Source: a virus
Strand: one strand, 5' to 3'
DNA: 64,000 nt
IMG/VR virus record: IMGVR_UViG_3300034071_001657
Shown: in pieces, positions 36,637 through 46,898 of the stretch
Position numbering within the stretch: position 1 is the stretch's first letter
Layout: every line of letters starts with the position of its first letter
Notes under the pieces: generated by a model
Seen by the model: the letters and a program-made list of their open reading frames with translations, nothing else
Told to the model about the DNA's origin: nothing
Database searches by the model: none
Translations under genes and position numbers: made by a program

Positions 36637-38532
36637 TTAAACTTCGGCAATGTTAGATGCGCCTCTAACTGAAACGAAATTAAGTTGAATAAAGTTAATT
36701 GATGAAATTGGACGAACAAAAATGTCAGCAACAAATTCATTTGCTTCAGTAACGGCTGGAGGATTATTAGTTTCATCGCAGACAACTCTGAATTCTGTGA
36801 TGCCTCTTCCACCAACGACGCTTCTTAGATATGGCTCAACAGCATTCAAGAAAGCCTCTCTAGTTTGTGCATCATTCTGTTCAAATAGAACGCTACCGGC
36901 AAATGCGCCAATTGATTCTCTGATAGTGATGAACAGTCTGCGAACATTGATTCTATTGAACGAAGAGTCGGTTGTTACAAAAGTCTTATCGCCAAATAGA
37001 ACTGTTCCGCGTCCAGGCTGTGTAAAGATCGGATTCACGGCACGCTTGTAGAGAAGGTCTCTATTCGTTTCGTTTGGATTCCAAGCAAGCTTAACTGAAT
37101 TTAGAATGTTTCCATTTGTGTATCCAGCAGGTGAGAACCATGGTGCACGATCTCTGTCTGTTCTTGCTAGTAATCCTGCAACATCAGCATTACATGGAAC
37201 GTAAACATAATTGTCTAGGTACTTGTTGTACTGATATTTCCAGTTTCCATCCATGATGCCGTATGTTGATGCTGTGACAGTATCAGCAAATGCAATAATG
37301 TCATCTGCTTCATCGCCTGCATTGTTAACAACATCAGCAGATTCTGGAGAGAAGCAAACAACAAAGTCTTTACGATCTTCAGCAACACCAATTGCATAGT
37401 TGACAACAGTGGCACTTGCTGCACCCATTGGCATGACAGAGATTGGAAGATTTGATTTATTTTCAAACACGCCAAGTGCGGTGATTTTTTGACTATCTGT
37501 TGCTGCCGCACCATCTGCACCACCAGCAAGACTGTAATTTTTGACTGCGGTGACTGCGGTGAATGTTAATCCACTAGCAAGTGCTGAACCCCAATTTGTT
37601 CCTGCGGCATCTTGATCCATCCAACGAACATAGTTGGAACGATCATTGATAACATTCTTATAGTAGTTATTTCCACCATTTGTAGTTTTACCATCAGAAG
37701 CTTTTGACACTGCGGAAAACTTTTCTAGAAGAGTATTCTTTGTTCCTGTGATAAGACCGTCTTCATCGACAACAACAACGTGCATTTCATCGTTCGTTGA
37801 ACCTTTTGATGCTGCAAATGTTGATGTTCCTGGAGCCTGATCAAAAACCCCAAAGAATTCCCAACGTCTAACTGCTGATGCACCAGTTGCGCCTGTTAGA
37901 TGTTTTGATTCTAGTGTGAAGTGTGTTGCATTTGTGATTGATGCGACTTGAATTGAACGTCCACCTAGAACAACAATATCACCAACAACTAATTCAGTGT
38001 TAGCAGATGAACCTGTTCCAACAACTGTTGTACTGCCTGCGGTAACTGTAAAGGTTCCAGTTAGATTTGACTGCCATGCTGCCGAACTTGGGCATGTAGA
38101 AACTTTTAGTGAGTTTCCTAGTGCGCCAGGATACTTTGCTGCCCATGGACCAACATCACCCGAACCATCAACATAAGATTCGTATGCTGCATCATTCTTG
38201 ATTGCAAGTCCTGTTCCAGCGGTACCGCTTCCTGTCGTTGCTTCGGCAGTTGCGTTAAGTGCGCCAGTTGTATTTGCGGCGCGAACAACCTGAAGTGACG
38301 AACCATAGGCTAAAAAGTTTGCTGCTGTTAGGAAATCCACTGCATTAGTTGCATTGGGCGTTCCGAAATTCTGAACTAATTCTGTTTCGCTAGTGACCAA
38401 AACTGCCTGCTCAACTGGGCCCCATCTAAAGGCTCCAGCAAAACCACCAGTTGTGGTACCAACGGCACGAACTGATGAAATTTGATCAGTTTCTGTGACT
38501 TTGATTCCTGGTGAGATTAAATTGATTGCCAT
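36637..38532 (-). CDS. gp18: Tail sheath protein
   Basis: SPGIKVTE, FRWGP, PWFSPAG, FGDKT, RINVRRLF. Confidence 0.97.
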   Translation of the reverse strand: MAINLISPGIKVTETDQISSVRAVGTTTGGFAGAFRWGPVEQAVLVTSETELVQNFGTPNATNAVDFLTAANFLAYGSSLQVVRAANTTGALNATAEATTGSGTAGTGLAIKNDAAYESYVDGSGDVGPWAAKYPGALGNSLKVSTCPSSAAWQSNLTGTFTVTAGSTTVVGTGSSANTELVVGDIVVLGGRSIQVASITNATHFTLESKHLTGATGASAVRRWEFFGVFDQAPGTSTFAASKGSTNDEMHVVVVDEDGLITGTKNTLLEKFSAVSKASDGKTTNGGNNYYKNVINDRSNYVRWMDQDAAGTNWGSALASGLTFTAVTAVKNYSLAGGADGAAATDSQKITALGVFENKSNLPISVMPMGAASATVVNYAIGVAEDRKDFVVCFSPESADVVNNAGDEADDIIAFADTVTASTYGIMDGNWKYQYNKYLDNYVYVPCNADVAGLLARTDRDRAPWFSPAGYTNGNILNSVKLAWNPNETNRDLLYKRAVNPIFTQPGRGTVLFGDKTFVTTDSSFNRINVRRLFITIRESIGAFAGSVLFEQNDAQTREAFLNAVEPYLRSVVGGRGITEFRVVCDETNNPPAVTEANEFVADIFVRPISSINFIQLNFVSVRGASNIAEV

Positions 38533-38594
38533 TTTCTTCTCCTTGATTTATATGTTATATGCTTCAAAAATTGTTCAATCATTATTATTCTTTT

Positions 38595-40220
38595 TTATTT
38601 ATAAAAAACGAAATCTTCATCTTTTTGCCAAACTTGGCCTGAAGCATCGGTAAAAGTTTCTTCTTCGTGTCCCGTTGATATAATACCGAAAGGAGTCATT
38701 TCTTCTTCAATGTCTTGAATTCTTTTTTCATATAATTCCTTGCGTATATTTATATTTGTAAGGTCTTTGAAATACGGGTTGGTAGTGAGCCACGAAAATA
38801 AAACTAATGGCATAACTAAATCATCATGATATCCTTCGTCGGCAGCGTAACTGTTCTTTTTTTGAATGAATGTAGATATTTCAGATATCGTATCTGCATC
38901 TTTAATCAAAAGCATTTTGCCTTCGACTAGGGATTTAAAGTTCGAACATCCAATTCTTTTGATTTTTTTGTCTGTGACTACGCCCAATTGAGTTTTGCCG
39001 CCTCCAAATCCACCAGAAACTACTTGTCCATTGGTAGTTCTGTTTACAAAAATGATATTTTCATATTCATACTCGTTGTAAAGAATTTCAGCAACTTGCT
39101 CTGAACTATTGATTTCAATTAGAACATATGCTTCGTTGAATTCTTTAGCTATTTTGTATATTACGGAGGGATATAAAAGAGGACTTATCTTGTTATCTCT
39201 GAATTTTCCTATTTGCTTATACGGCATTGACGTAACATCGATGATGTTGAACGCTGAGTAATCTCCGTCTACACCTTTAGCGGTGTCGGCAACTATAACA
39301 TAAACTCTATTTTTTTCGACTCTTTCGTATACATCTAATCCATCTTTGCTATAAATTGGCTCGTCTGGTGATAGTTGTCCTATTGTATCTGCGGCAATCA
39401 AAGTCATGCTGGAACCCAAGAAATTACAAAGAACTTCTTGGTTAAAGCGTAACTCCCCTAGAAGTCTTCTCTGCTCTTCGGCCCAAGCCTCATCTCTCCC
39501 AGGAATCTCCCAGTATGGTATGAATAATGGCACAAATCCATTTCGATCATTCTGTGCATCGTTCCAGAATTTCCAGAAATGATTATATCCTAGCGGTGTG
39601 GACGATAAAAGAATCTTTGTTGTTTCACCAGCAGAGATTGTAGGATACACTGAGGTAAAGAATTCTTCTGCTAAATTGTTAGGTATGATTGCAGTTTCAT
39701 CAACGTAGAGTAAGTTAACAGATTTACCACGAATACCTGCGCGGCTTGTTGCTGCGGTGAACACAATTGACCCGTTTTCAAGTGCAATGTCACCTTTGTT
39801 CCACGTGCTAACGCCTTGCTGAAGCCAAATAGGAAGGTTTTCATACATGATCTGATAACGATACAAAACTTCTCTAGCGGCCGCGGCTTTGTTAGCTAGA
39901 ATTGCAACTGTTTTGCTTTCTTGAAATAGGGTATACCATAGAATGTAGGCAGCCGATGATGTAGTTTTTCCTTGCTGGCGGCCTTCCATCAAAATAACTT
40001 TACGATTATTATGAATAATGTTTATTTTATTTACTTGACACGGATACAAATTAAAAGTTTGTAGGCCATGGTCCAATGTAACTATTTTACAATAGTTTGT
40101 AATAAAATAGATTGGATCTTCAGCACACTTTTTGTATTCTTCTATTTGTTCAAGTGTGTAAGATAGTCTAACGTTAATTGCTTTTAAATTAGCATTACCT
40201 AAATAATTTTTAGTCGCCAT
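38595..40220 (-). CDS. gp17: Terminase large subunit
   Basis: RQQGKT, LYVDE, STPLG, HDDLVM. Confidence 0.97.
   Translation of the reverse strand: MATKNYLGNANLKAINVRLSYTLEQIEEYKKCAEDPIYFITNYCKIVTLDHGLQTFNLYPCQVNKINIIHNNRKVILMEGRQQGKTTSSAAYILWYTLFQESKTVAILANKAAAAREVLYRYQIMYENLPIWLQQGVSTWNKGDIALENGSIVFTAATSRAGIRGKSVNLLYVDETAIIPNNLAEEFFTSVYPTISAGETTKILLSSTPLGYNHFWKFWNDAQNDRNGFVPLFIPYWEIPGRDEAWAEEQRRLLGELRFNQEVLCNFLGSSMTLIAADTIGQLSPDEPIYSKDGLDVYERVEKNRVYVIVADTAKGVDGDYSAFNIIDVTSMPYKQIGKFRDNKISPLLYPSVIYKIAKEFNEAYVLIEINSSEQVAEILYNEYEYENIIFVNRTTNGQVVSGGFGGGKTQLGVVTDKKIKRIGCSNFKSLVEGKMLLIKDADTISEISTFIQKKNSYAADEGYHDDLVMPLVLFSWLTTNPYFKDLTNINIRKELYEKRIQDIEEEMTPFGIISTGHEEETFTDASGQVWQKDEDFVFYK
38596..38603 (-). 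promoter_or_regulatory. Late promoter for gp18
   Basis: TATAAATA overlapping the gp17 stop. Confidence 0.75.
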
Positions 40221-40599
40221 TGTTTTTCAATAACTTCTGCAATTCTGCTGTGCTTCCAACGAATAGATTATTGTTTACTTGCGTAGGCTGAGATTTATCC
40301 TCGCCTTTAAGTTCTTTTGATTTCTTCGCTAAGTCTAACAAATCTTTATTTGTCTCTGCTAATGTTTTAATAAGTTGGCCAACGACCTCATATGCTCTAG
40401 GTGATTCACCTTCTTTTGCTAAGAATATGATATTTTCTATGGCATGCTTGCCGTTTTCTATTAGGCCTCGCAAATTGTTTCTTGCATACTCATAATCGTC
40501 CTGTGCCACATCTTCTTTATCTTCTATTGCGGGCAAAAGTTCAACTGTCGGCTCTATTTGTAGCGCGGTATTTAATTTTTCGTCAACTGTTTTTTTCAT
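40210..40599 (-). CDS. gp16: Terminase small subunit
   Basis: DDYEYAR, SPRAYEV, NNLFVGSTAELQK. Confidence 0.95.
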   Translation of the reverse strand: MKKTVDEKLNTALQIEPTVELLPAIEDKEDVAQDDYEYARNNLRGLIENGKHAIENIIFLAKEGESPRAYEVVGQLIKTLAETNKDLLDLAKKSKELKGEDKSQPTQVNNNLFVGSTAELQKLLKNNGD

Positions 40600-41324
40600 G
40601 TCGTTGTTTCTTCTATTTCAAATTCACTGTTTCCAGAAAAAACTTGAATTGCATCGGGTGTAGTTGCATCAAGGCCTTCAAAGTATGATATTGTTGCTTT
40701 ATTAATATATTTATTTTTGGTGACAGGACCAAACAAATATCCTTTTACAACAAAGTCTAAGTCCCATGTCAATACTCTTTGATCATCAAACGATCCTTCA
40801 TATGAATCATCTGATGTAACAGACAAAAGTTCAATCGGTATATCTAAATTTATATTGAGTTCTGGCAAAACTTTCATCGTAACCGTGAAGTCTGGTGTAA
40901 AGAACGGTACAATTTGTTCTATTACTTGTATACCATCCTCAGCATTCTTAGTGAAAAGATTTAAGGAGAAATTAAAGTCGTATGGCACAGGTGAATATGC
41001 CCTCGCAAAATCCAATCCACCAGTATTTACACCTTTTACAAATCTATGTCCAGAGTTTAATTTTCTGATAGGATTGTAACTCATACTGTCCATAGAAAAT
41101 CCAAGTCTTGGTAGAGTAATCGATGTTGCTCTATTCAGTGTTGGATCGGCACTTACTCTGGTAATGAATCTTTGCTTTGGACCGTAGGCGATTGGAACAT
41201 TTATTGTCTGTATTTTGTTTCCTGCATTGTCAAATCTTTTGACTTGTATCTCATTGAATATGTTACCGAACATAATAACATATCGTCTAATTGTTCCATT
41301 GTAAAAATCGTGACCGAACATCAT
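40596..41324 (-). CDS. gp15: Tail sheath stabiliser / terminator
   Basis: VPIAYGPK, LPRLGF, QVIEQIVPFF. Confidence 0.94.
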   Translation of the reverse strand: MMFGHDFYNGTIRRYVIMFGNIFNEIQVKRFDNAGNKIQTINVPIAYGPKQRFITRVSADPTLNRATSITLPRLGFSMDSMSYNPIRKLNSGHRFVKGVNTGGLDFARAYSPVPYDFNFSLNLFTKNAEDGIQVIEQIVPFFTPDFTVTMKVLPELNINLDIPIELLSVTSDDSYEGSFDDQRVLTWDLDFVVKGYLFGPVTKNKYINKATISYFEGLDATTPDAIQVFSGNSEFEIEETTT

Positions 41325-41325
41325 A

Positions 41326-42138
41326 TTAAAACTCCCTTACCGCAGAAAAAGGATTGTATTCTGTAAAATCTAAAACATCATTTTCATTAAGTTCATCAAT
41401 TAGGAACTCATTCTCTGCCGTAGTGTCTTTTTCTGCAATATGGACACCCTCTTCAATTAGATATGTACTATCTTGAAGCAGTAATAGATCGCCGTCTTCC
41501 AGTAGTGCTTTGGTAATAAATTCGGAAGATTGACTAAAGATTTCTTCGATGTTATCAATTTCTTGAACATCAGTATCAATTTTTTCATTTGAGTAGCGAT
41601 ATCGTTCGCATCGAATCTCATGAGTATAGAGTTTACCAAGTTGAAAGAAGTTTTCTATGTTTTCGGTAAACTTTATTTCATACATGTATCCCGCCATTGG
41701 TAGCCAAATCAAATCACCTTCTCTTGGTCTTAAGATTGATTCATAGTCATAGGCTACTTCGTTTAAAATTTCATTACCATCTTCAAGTTTTAAATTATAC
41801 CCATATTCTGTTAACATGGATGTTTTGAGTGCTTGATCAAATCTTTTTTGTGCAACTACGAAATTAATCGACTCGTCGATTTGAAGACCAAACTTCGAAA
41901 GAAAATCTTCTTGACCCACGAACCCATCAAATGTTTTAATATACAGTTCTAAATGAATCGCATCATCAAACTTCATTGATGCATCTTCGCCATACAATTT
42001 ATCTAAATTAACATGAGTTCTAGGTAGATAATATGCCTCTACACCATATATCTTTATGGCTTCTATAATTAAATCTTCGACAAGATTTTGTTCTTGTCTT
42101 ATCTGTGTATATTGATTGAAGAATGCGTTACGGGCCAT
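41326..42138 (-). CDS. gp14: Neck protein
   Basis: YYLPR, SKFGL, PREGDLI, FFQLGK, NPF. Confidence 0.94.
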   Translation of the reverse strand: MARNAFFNQYTQIRQEQNLVEDLIIEAIKIYGVEAYYLPRTHVNLDKLYGEDASMKFDDAIHLELYIKTFDGFVGQEDFLSKFGLQIDESINFVVAQKRFDQALKTSMLTEYGYNLKLEDGNEILNEVAYDYESILRPREGDLIWLPMAGYMYEIKFTENIENFFQLGKLYTHEIRCERYRYSNEKIDTDVQEIDNIEEIFSQSSEFITKALLEDGDLLLLQDSTYLIEEGVHIAEKDTTAENEFLIDELNENDVLDFTEYNPFSAVREF

Positions 42139-42888
42139 TTAGCCCACCATGTCAGATACGGGTAATGAATATGAAGATATCATTTCTTCTTCAAGCTTGG
42201 TCAATTCTTCATCTGCTTCATCATATATTTTTTGCCCGTTGAATGTCACACCACCAGGCATTGCGATACCTTCGAACTTTTTAAGATTTGTTCCCCACTG
42301 TTTTTTAATTAATGCTGTGCAATATCTCTTTAGCCAACGATCATTCCAAACATCACTGTAAGTATCTGGGTCCACTATTTGATACGCTTCGACGATGATG
42401 TATTCTCCGACAACAATCTTTTCTCCCCACGACATATCAATATAAAGCTTGTCTGTGTGTCGATTAAATCTTAGGGGTTGCTTGCCCACAAACATCTCTT
42501 CGGCTAAGGCAACATTTTGCAGTGCCATATAGTATGGTGCAAAAGGCCCATAGTTGAATGCGAACAAATCGTTCAGGGCGATTTGATATCGCAGATTGAA
42601 AAGATTGTTTGTTGAATAGCTGTTACCAATGTCAAAGATATTGATGACGCCGATAATGTCTTCTGGAATGGAAAGATATCTATTGTCTACGTCAGTTTGC
42701 GTAACTTGATGGGCCAAAAATACTTTTTGAGTACCATCGAAATGATAATCTTGATAATATGCTAAAGCTTCATCTATCGCATCCTCTACTTGTTCATCTG
42801 CCACATTGATTTCAAGTAGAGGTGCGCCTAGATGTCTTAAGCAATTTTCTTTAAATTCTTCCCTATTTGCGGGTCTTGATGAACTCAT
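42139..42888 (-). CDS. gp13: Neck protein
   Basis: LGAPLLEINV, YHFDG, KKQWGTNLKKF, PGGVTFNG. Confidence 0.95.
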   Translation of the reverse strand: MSSSRPANREEFKENCLRHLGAPLLEINVADEQVEDAIDEALAYYQDYHFDGTQKVFLAHQVTQTDVDNRYLSIPEDIIGVINIFDIGNSYSTNNLFNLRYQIALNDLFAFNYGPFAPYYMALQNVALAEEMFVGKQPLRFNRHTDKLYIDMSWGEKIVVGEYIIVEAYQIVDPDTYSDVWNDRWLKRYCTALIKKQWGTNLKKFEGIAMPGGVTFNGQKIYDEADEELTKLEEEMISSYSLPVSDMVG

Positions 42889-42890
42889 TG

Positions 42891-42936
42891 AGAATTTCCT
42901 CCATTTTTTATACTATTTATAATTGGAGGAAATTCT
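42891..42936 (-). promoter_or_regulatory. 13-bp hairpin covering the gp13 Shine-Dalgarno, with a TATAAATA late promoter (42914-42921) in the loop
   Basis: AGAATTTCCTCCA (42891-42903) / TGGAGGAAATTCT (42924-42936). Confidence 0.85.
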
Positions 42937-42938
42937 AA

Positions 42939-43787
42939 CTATACTCCCATCTGCTTTCTTATTTTTGTGGCAGAAATGCTATGAATAGACTCATCAAAGA
43001 CTTCTTGCTCAATCTTATATCCGACATCTCTACCGTAAGTAATATTTACAACATTTGGAACAACTTGAATTTCATATTGACCTTGATAAAGAGGGTCTAA
43101 GTCTCTGCGAATGAAATTTTTGACTTGTTCTATGGCAAATGGGTTTGTTCCTTGCCAGCCTTGACAGTCTCGAATTTGAATAATCACCTGCCCTGTTTTA
43201 GATAAAGCACGTTCGAACAAAGCACGATGTCCAGGATGCCAAGGCTGCCAGCGTCCAAGCATTTGTACAGTTTCTTTTTTCCAATCAAACGATGGACGCC
43301 TTTGATTCTTTAGAATCCTTTCACCGACGTAAGGAACCCATTTCTCAGCATTCTGTTCAGTAACTCTGAAATCATAAATGTCGGGAGGAACAAAAGCTTT
43401 ATTGGTATCTTCGTATCTACCCGCATCAATCGAATCGATCCAGATTGTCCAATCTGCTTTGAAATTGTGGCGCATTTCTGGTAATGGTGCAACGAAATCA
43501 CAGATTACATAATCGGCCGAACAAGTTAATGCAAACTCAGCCATGCGAATGCTTTGTCGAATTCTACCCTCTCTACTGAAGTCCCAATCATTGTATTTTT
43601 TTCTCACTTCATCAGCATTGAACCACTGAACACTTACAACGTTACTTCTAGGTACGCTTTCTAGCGTAGTAAGTCTAATACTAGATAGATTTTGAATTGT
43701 GCCGTTTTCTTCAAGATATTTTTTAAGTCTTTCGGCAAAGTATGTCTTTCCCGCGCCTGGCAAACCCATAATCAAGATTTTTTTCAT
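42939..43787 (-). CDS. APS-kinase-like domain fused to an HxGH nucleotidyltransferase
   Basis: GLPGAGKT, NADEVR, DFSREGRIRQ; C-terminal GRWQPWHPGH and SISATKIR. Confidence 0.8.
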   Translation of the reverse strand: MKKILIMGLPGAGKTYFAERLKKYLEENGTIQNLSSIRLTTLESVPRSNVVSVQWFNADEVRKKYNDWDFSREGRIRQSIRMAEFALTCSADYVICDFVAPLPEMRHNFKADWTIWIDSIDAGRYEDTNKAFVPPDIYDFRVTEQNAEKWVPYVGERILKNQRRPSFDWKKETVQMLGRWQPWHPGHRALFERALSKTGQVIIQIRDCQGWQGTNPFAIEQVKNFIRRDLDPLYQGQYEIQVVPNVVNITYGRDVGYKIEQEVFDESIHSISATKIRKQMGV

Positions 43788-43788
43788 T

Positions 43789-44739
43789 TCACGTTATCCT
43801 TTTAGAAAAGATTCTTTTAACTATTTTTTGAATACTTTCATCACTATCATCAGTGCATTCTATGTCATAATAAACTGGAGGAACATAAATTTCATTCAGT
43901 TCTTGATATTTAGATTCTTTTTTGTCGCTAACCCAAACTATAATATCGGGATTTAATATTTGCCTCATTTTAGGTAGGGGGCACACCATATTAATTATTG
44001 TAACTCCAGTCTGAGAATTTCTTGCCAAATTTAACATTCGATAACAATGTCGCATTTGACCATCAGGCGTGAAGTCAACGTCTTTATGCTTAATTCTTTC
44101 TTCTATTGAACTTAATATAGAAGAACTTTCAAATATTGCGTTAAGTTTTTTTGCAACTGAATTTTTTGATGATTCTGGCAAGCCCATAACTAAAATTCTA
44201 AATTTGTTGTCTGCTAATAGTCGATAATATTGTATCATACCTTCTTCTAAAGAATGAAACACCCAAGGTCTGAAAAATAAACATTGATTGGTATTCAATA
44301 AAATATTGGTATGTATTTTCCATTCAAATAAATTTCTATAATTAAAATCTGTTCTTTCTAGAGCATTTTGTGCATTTACAGTTGCAAACTCCCCCATTCG
44401 ATTTGTTTCATCAACATGATACCAAAAATTTACAGTTGTTGGTTCAAGCGCAACCATAAAACACCATTCTTCTGTAGAATCAAATTCTTCAAAATGAATT
44501 AAATTGTGAGATGGTTTTCGTATGACACCCGATCTTTTTATGTCAACGGTAACTCGTTCTCCCAAAACTTTATAGAAAATTTGTTCACTATCAGGAAAAA
44601 TTAAATTAAAATTTGGTATTTCCATTCCGTGTTGGGTTTCAACAAAAGTTAATCCTTCACTAACGCTTTTTAAATTTTCTGCGTCATTATCTGGAAAAAA
44701 TTTGTCGGCATGCACAAGTTGCACCATTCTTCTACTCAA
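43789..44739 (-). CDS. 2OG-Fe(II)-oxygenase-like domain fused to a degenerate APS-kinase-like domain
   Basis: LIHFEE, FFRPWVFHS; then ILVMGLPESSKN, DVDFTPDGQMR; start may be ATG 44727. Confidence 0.55.
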   Translation of the reverse strand: MSRRMVQLVHADKFFPDNDAENLKSVSEGLTFVETQHGMEIPNFNLIFPDSEQIFYKVLGERVTVDIKRSGVIRKPSHNLIHFEEFDSTEEWCFMVALEPTTVNFWYHVDETNRMGEFATVNAQNALERTDFNYRNLFEWKIHTNILLNTNQCLFFRPWVFHSLEEGMIQYYRLLADNKFRILVMGLPESSKNSVAKKLNAIFESSSILSSIEERIKHKDVDFTPDGQMRHCYRMLNLARNSQTGVTIINMVCPLPKMRQILNPDIIVWVSDKKESKYQELNEIYVPPVYYDIECTDDSDESIQKIVKRIFSKRIT

Positions 44740-44740
44740 T

Positions 44741-45448
44741 TTACCATTCTCCTGTCCAGTGTTTTAATCCATTTTCTTTGTAAAAATTTCTCTTCATTGT
44801 TTCATGATCTTCAATAATTTCTTTTCCTCTATAGATAAATGTGTTATATGGTGGATTTTCTTCATAAATTAATAAACCAGAAAAAGATTTTAATTTATCC
44901 AAAAGGTCTAAAAATACATCTTCTCCAGGATTGGTGTTTATTATTTTTTGTGTGAATGTGTATGTTACCGAATGCATATATGTCTGGGGGCCCAAAAAAT
45001 AAACGCCGTGATGTCCTTGTTTTCTTCTAAAAAGATAAAGGTCTATGGTGTTAGCAAACAAGATATTACCAGGCTCACTAATCATAATGTCGTGAGAAAA
45101 ATCATAATGTCTACAAGTAGGTAAAACTTGTTTTACATTGTCTGATATAACAGTATCTAAATGCACATTCGCCAATCTGTCTAGATCAACGTATATTCCA
45201 CCTTCATAGTACATTTTATATAGTCTCCAAATGTCAGTCTTTGGCACAATATGAAAATTTTCTACAAGACGAAAATCCACTCCCATATTTTCTCTGAGAT
45301 AATCAATTATTTCCTCGTCGGTATGAACAGAAAATTCCCAATTGGAATTTAAGCTTCTTAATCTTTGTGCTCCAAGTTTGATCAGATCAAATTCACTGTC
45401 TAGAATATTTTTGTCATTCCACGACAAGTGAATCTTTTTTGGAATCAT
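44741..45448 (-). CDS. Glycosyltransferase, GT32/OCH1-like
   Basis: IPKKIH, DIWR, GGIYVDLD, GP, KHWTGEW. Confidence 0.85.
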   Translation of the reverse strand: MIPKKIHLSWNDKNILDSEFDLIKLGAQRLRSLNSNWEFSVHTDEEIIDYLRENMGVDFRLVENFHIVPKTDIWRLYKMYYEGGIYVDLDRLANVHLDTVISDNVKQVLPTCRHYDFSHDIMISEPGNILFANTIDLYLFRRKQGHHGVYFLGPQTYMHSVTYTFTQKIINTNPGEDVFLDLLDKLKSFSGLLIYEENPPYNTFIYRGKEIIEDHETMKRNFYKENGLKHWTGEW

Positions 45449-46212
45449 CTCCAAACTTCCATGTTAGAATATACTTTAATTAAATCAGGAGGAATGATAA
45501 AATTTCTAGGCTTATATTGAACTCTTCGATTAACCTTGTGTAAAGGAACTCCAATTTCTTTATCATATTCATCCCAATTTCCTTCGACATTATTAAAATC
45601 GTGATCAAAAAAAGGTTCATCAATAAAAGAATATATGGCTTTCATTATTAAGTCTGGAGTTTGACACAATCTATCATATTCGACTATTAGAAGCTTATGT
45701 TTTTCATTACCTGTGATAGCTTGTTTAATTCCAATATATGGAAACCCAATTATACCCGTATTTCCCATAAGTGCTTCTGCTCTAGAATATACCGTCCCCC
45801 CAATACTTCCGCTTACTGTGTTGACGGTCATGGGATTTTCAACGTGTGCTTTTTCAAATGAGTCTATAATCCAAGCGATGTCTCTGACACAAACAATAAA
45901 TCTAGATTCTGGAAAAATAGCATTGACTTGAGGAGTCAAAAGAGTCCAGGCTCTATTCGTGTTGAAAATAACTTCTTTGTCTATTTCTTGATAATACCCA
46001 CTAAACATTCCTTTCACAGTATTAACTCTTCGTGAAATAGGAACTTCATATTTAATTCCAGGCCCAGTTTGTATTGTTTCTATAACACCCTTTGTAATAT
46101 CAGCAAGAGGATCGGTAATTGATGCGTGAAATCTAGGATTTTGTTTCAGAATAGAACTTAAAAGTGTTGATCCTGATCTAGGCAATCCTGTAATAAAGTG
46201 ATACTTTTTCAT
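45445..46212 (-). CDS. PAPS-dependent sulfotransferase
   Basis: GLPRSGSTLL (5'-PSB), VCVRD...S (3'-PB), VEYDRL. Confidence 0.88.
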   Translation of the reverse strand: MKKYHFITGLPRSGSTLLSSILKQNPRFHASITDPLADITKGVIETIQTGPGIKYEVPISRRVNTVKGMFSGYYQEIDKEVIFNTNRAWTLLTPQVNAIFPESRFIVCVRDIAWIIDSFEKAHVENPMTVNTVSGSIGGTVYSRAEALMGNTGIIGFPYIGIKQAITGNEKHKLLIVEYDRLCQTPDLIMKAIYSFIDEPFFDHDFNNVEGNWDEYDKEIGVPLHKVNRRVQYKPRNFIIPPDLIKVYSNMEVWR

Positions 46213-46213
46213 A

Positions 46214-46891
46214 TTAACGTTCTTGTCCATTTGATGCCTTTTTCCTTTTAGTGATTGTTGTTTCTTCGTGTGGAAGATCATATGCGTAAAATCCTCCTTG
46301 TATTACGCCAAAAACATCCGTTCTAATAGTTATATCTAGAGACTCGTTGATTCCATATTTCAAAGTGTGTGCCAATAAATTTTTAGCACTCAAAGGATCA
46401 ATTGCATATGCATGGGCCCTAAGAATGAATTTGTAGTTTGCGTTTTTCTGAGCCATTGGAGGAATTGGAGTGACGGCCCAACCTGATGCTTGTTCTCTGC
46501 CACCAAGATATACAATTTGATTGTATCCATGATGATTTGTGTATGGCATGACCATTATTGAATCATGTTCTAAAATAACAATGGGCATATTTACTTCTAT
46601 ACAGTGCGCCCATAAACTAGCATGGCTTAAATATACAGCAACTTCAGTAATGCTAAGTTCAGTGTCGTATTGTTTAATCCAATTAATCCAATTTTGATTT
46701 CTTAAGTTTTCGGGTATGACTATTTCACCAGAAGTGCCATCAAAGGCGTCCCATATTTCATACTTTTGTTCAACTCTTTCACAACTAAGTTGACACCTTC
46801 GAGACAGCATTTCACTCAATTCATGATTTTTAAGTGTGATGATATAAGCCTTATCGACGGTCATGTCGTTACATGGCATAAGTGTTTTCAT
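46214..46891 (-). CDS. Glycosyltransferase, GT25-like
   Basis: AYIITL, AFDG, SHASLW, ILEHD, AHAYAI. Confidence 0.8.
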   Translation of the reverse strand: MKTLMPCNDMTVDKAYIITLKNHELSEMLSRRCQLSCERVEQKYEIWDAFDGTSGEIVIPENLRNQNWINWIKQYDTELSITEVAVYLSHASLWAHCIEVNMPIVILEHDSIMVMPYTNHHGYNQIVYLGGREQASGWAVTPIPPMAQKNANYKFILRAHAYAIDPLSAKNLLAHTLKYGINESLDITIRTDVFGVIQGGFYAYDLPHEETTITKRKKASNGQER

Positions 46892-46898
46892 AAATTAC

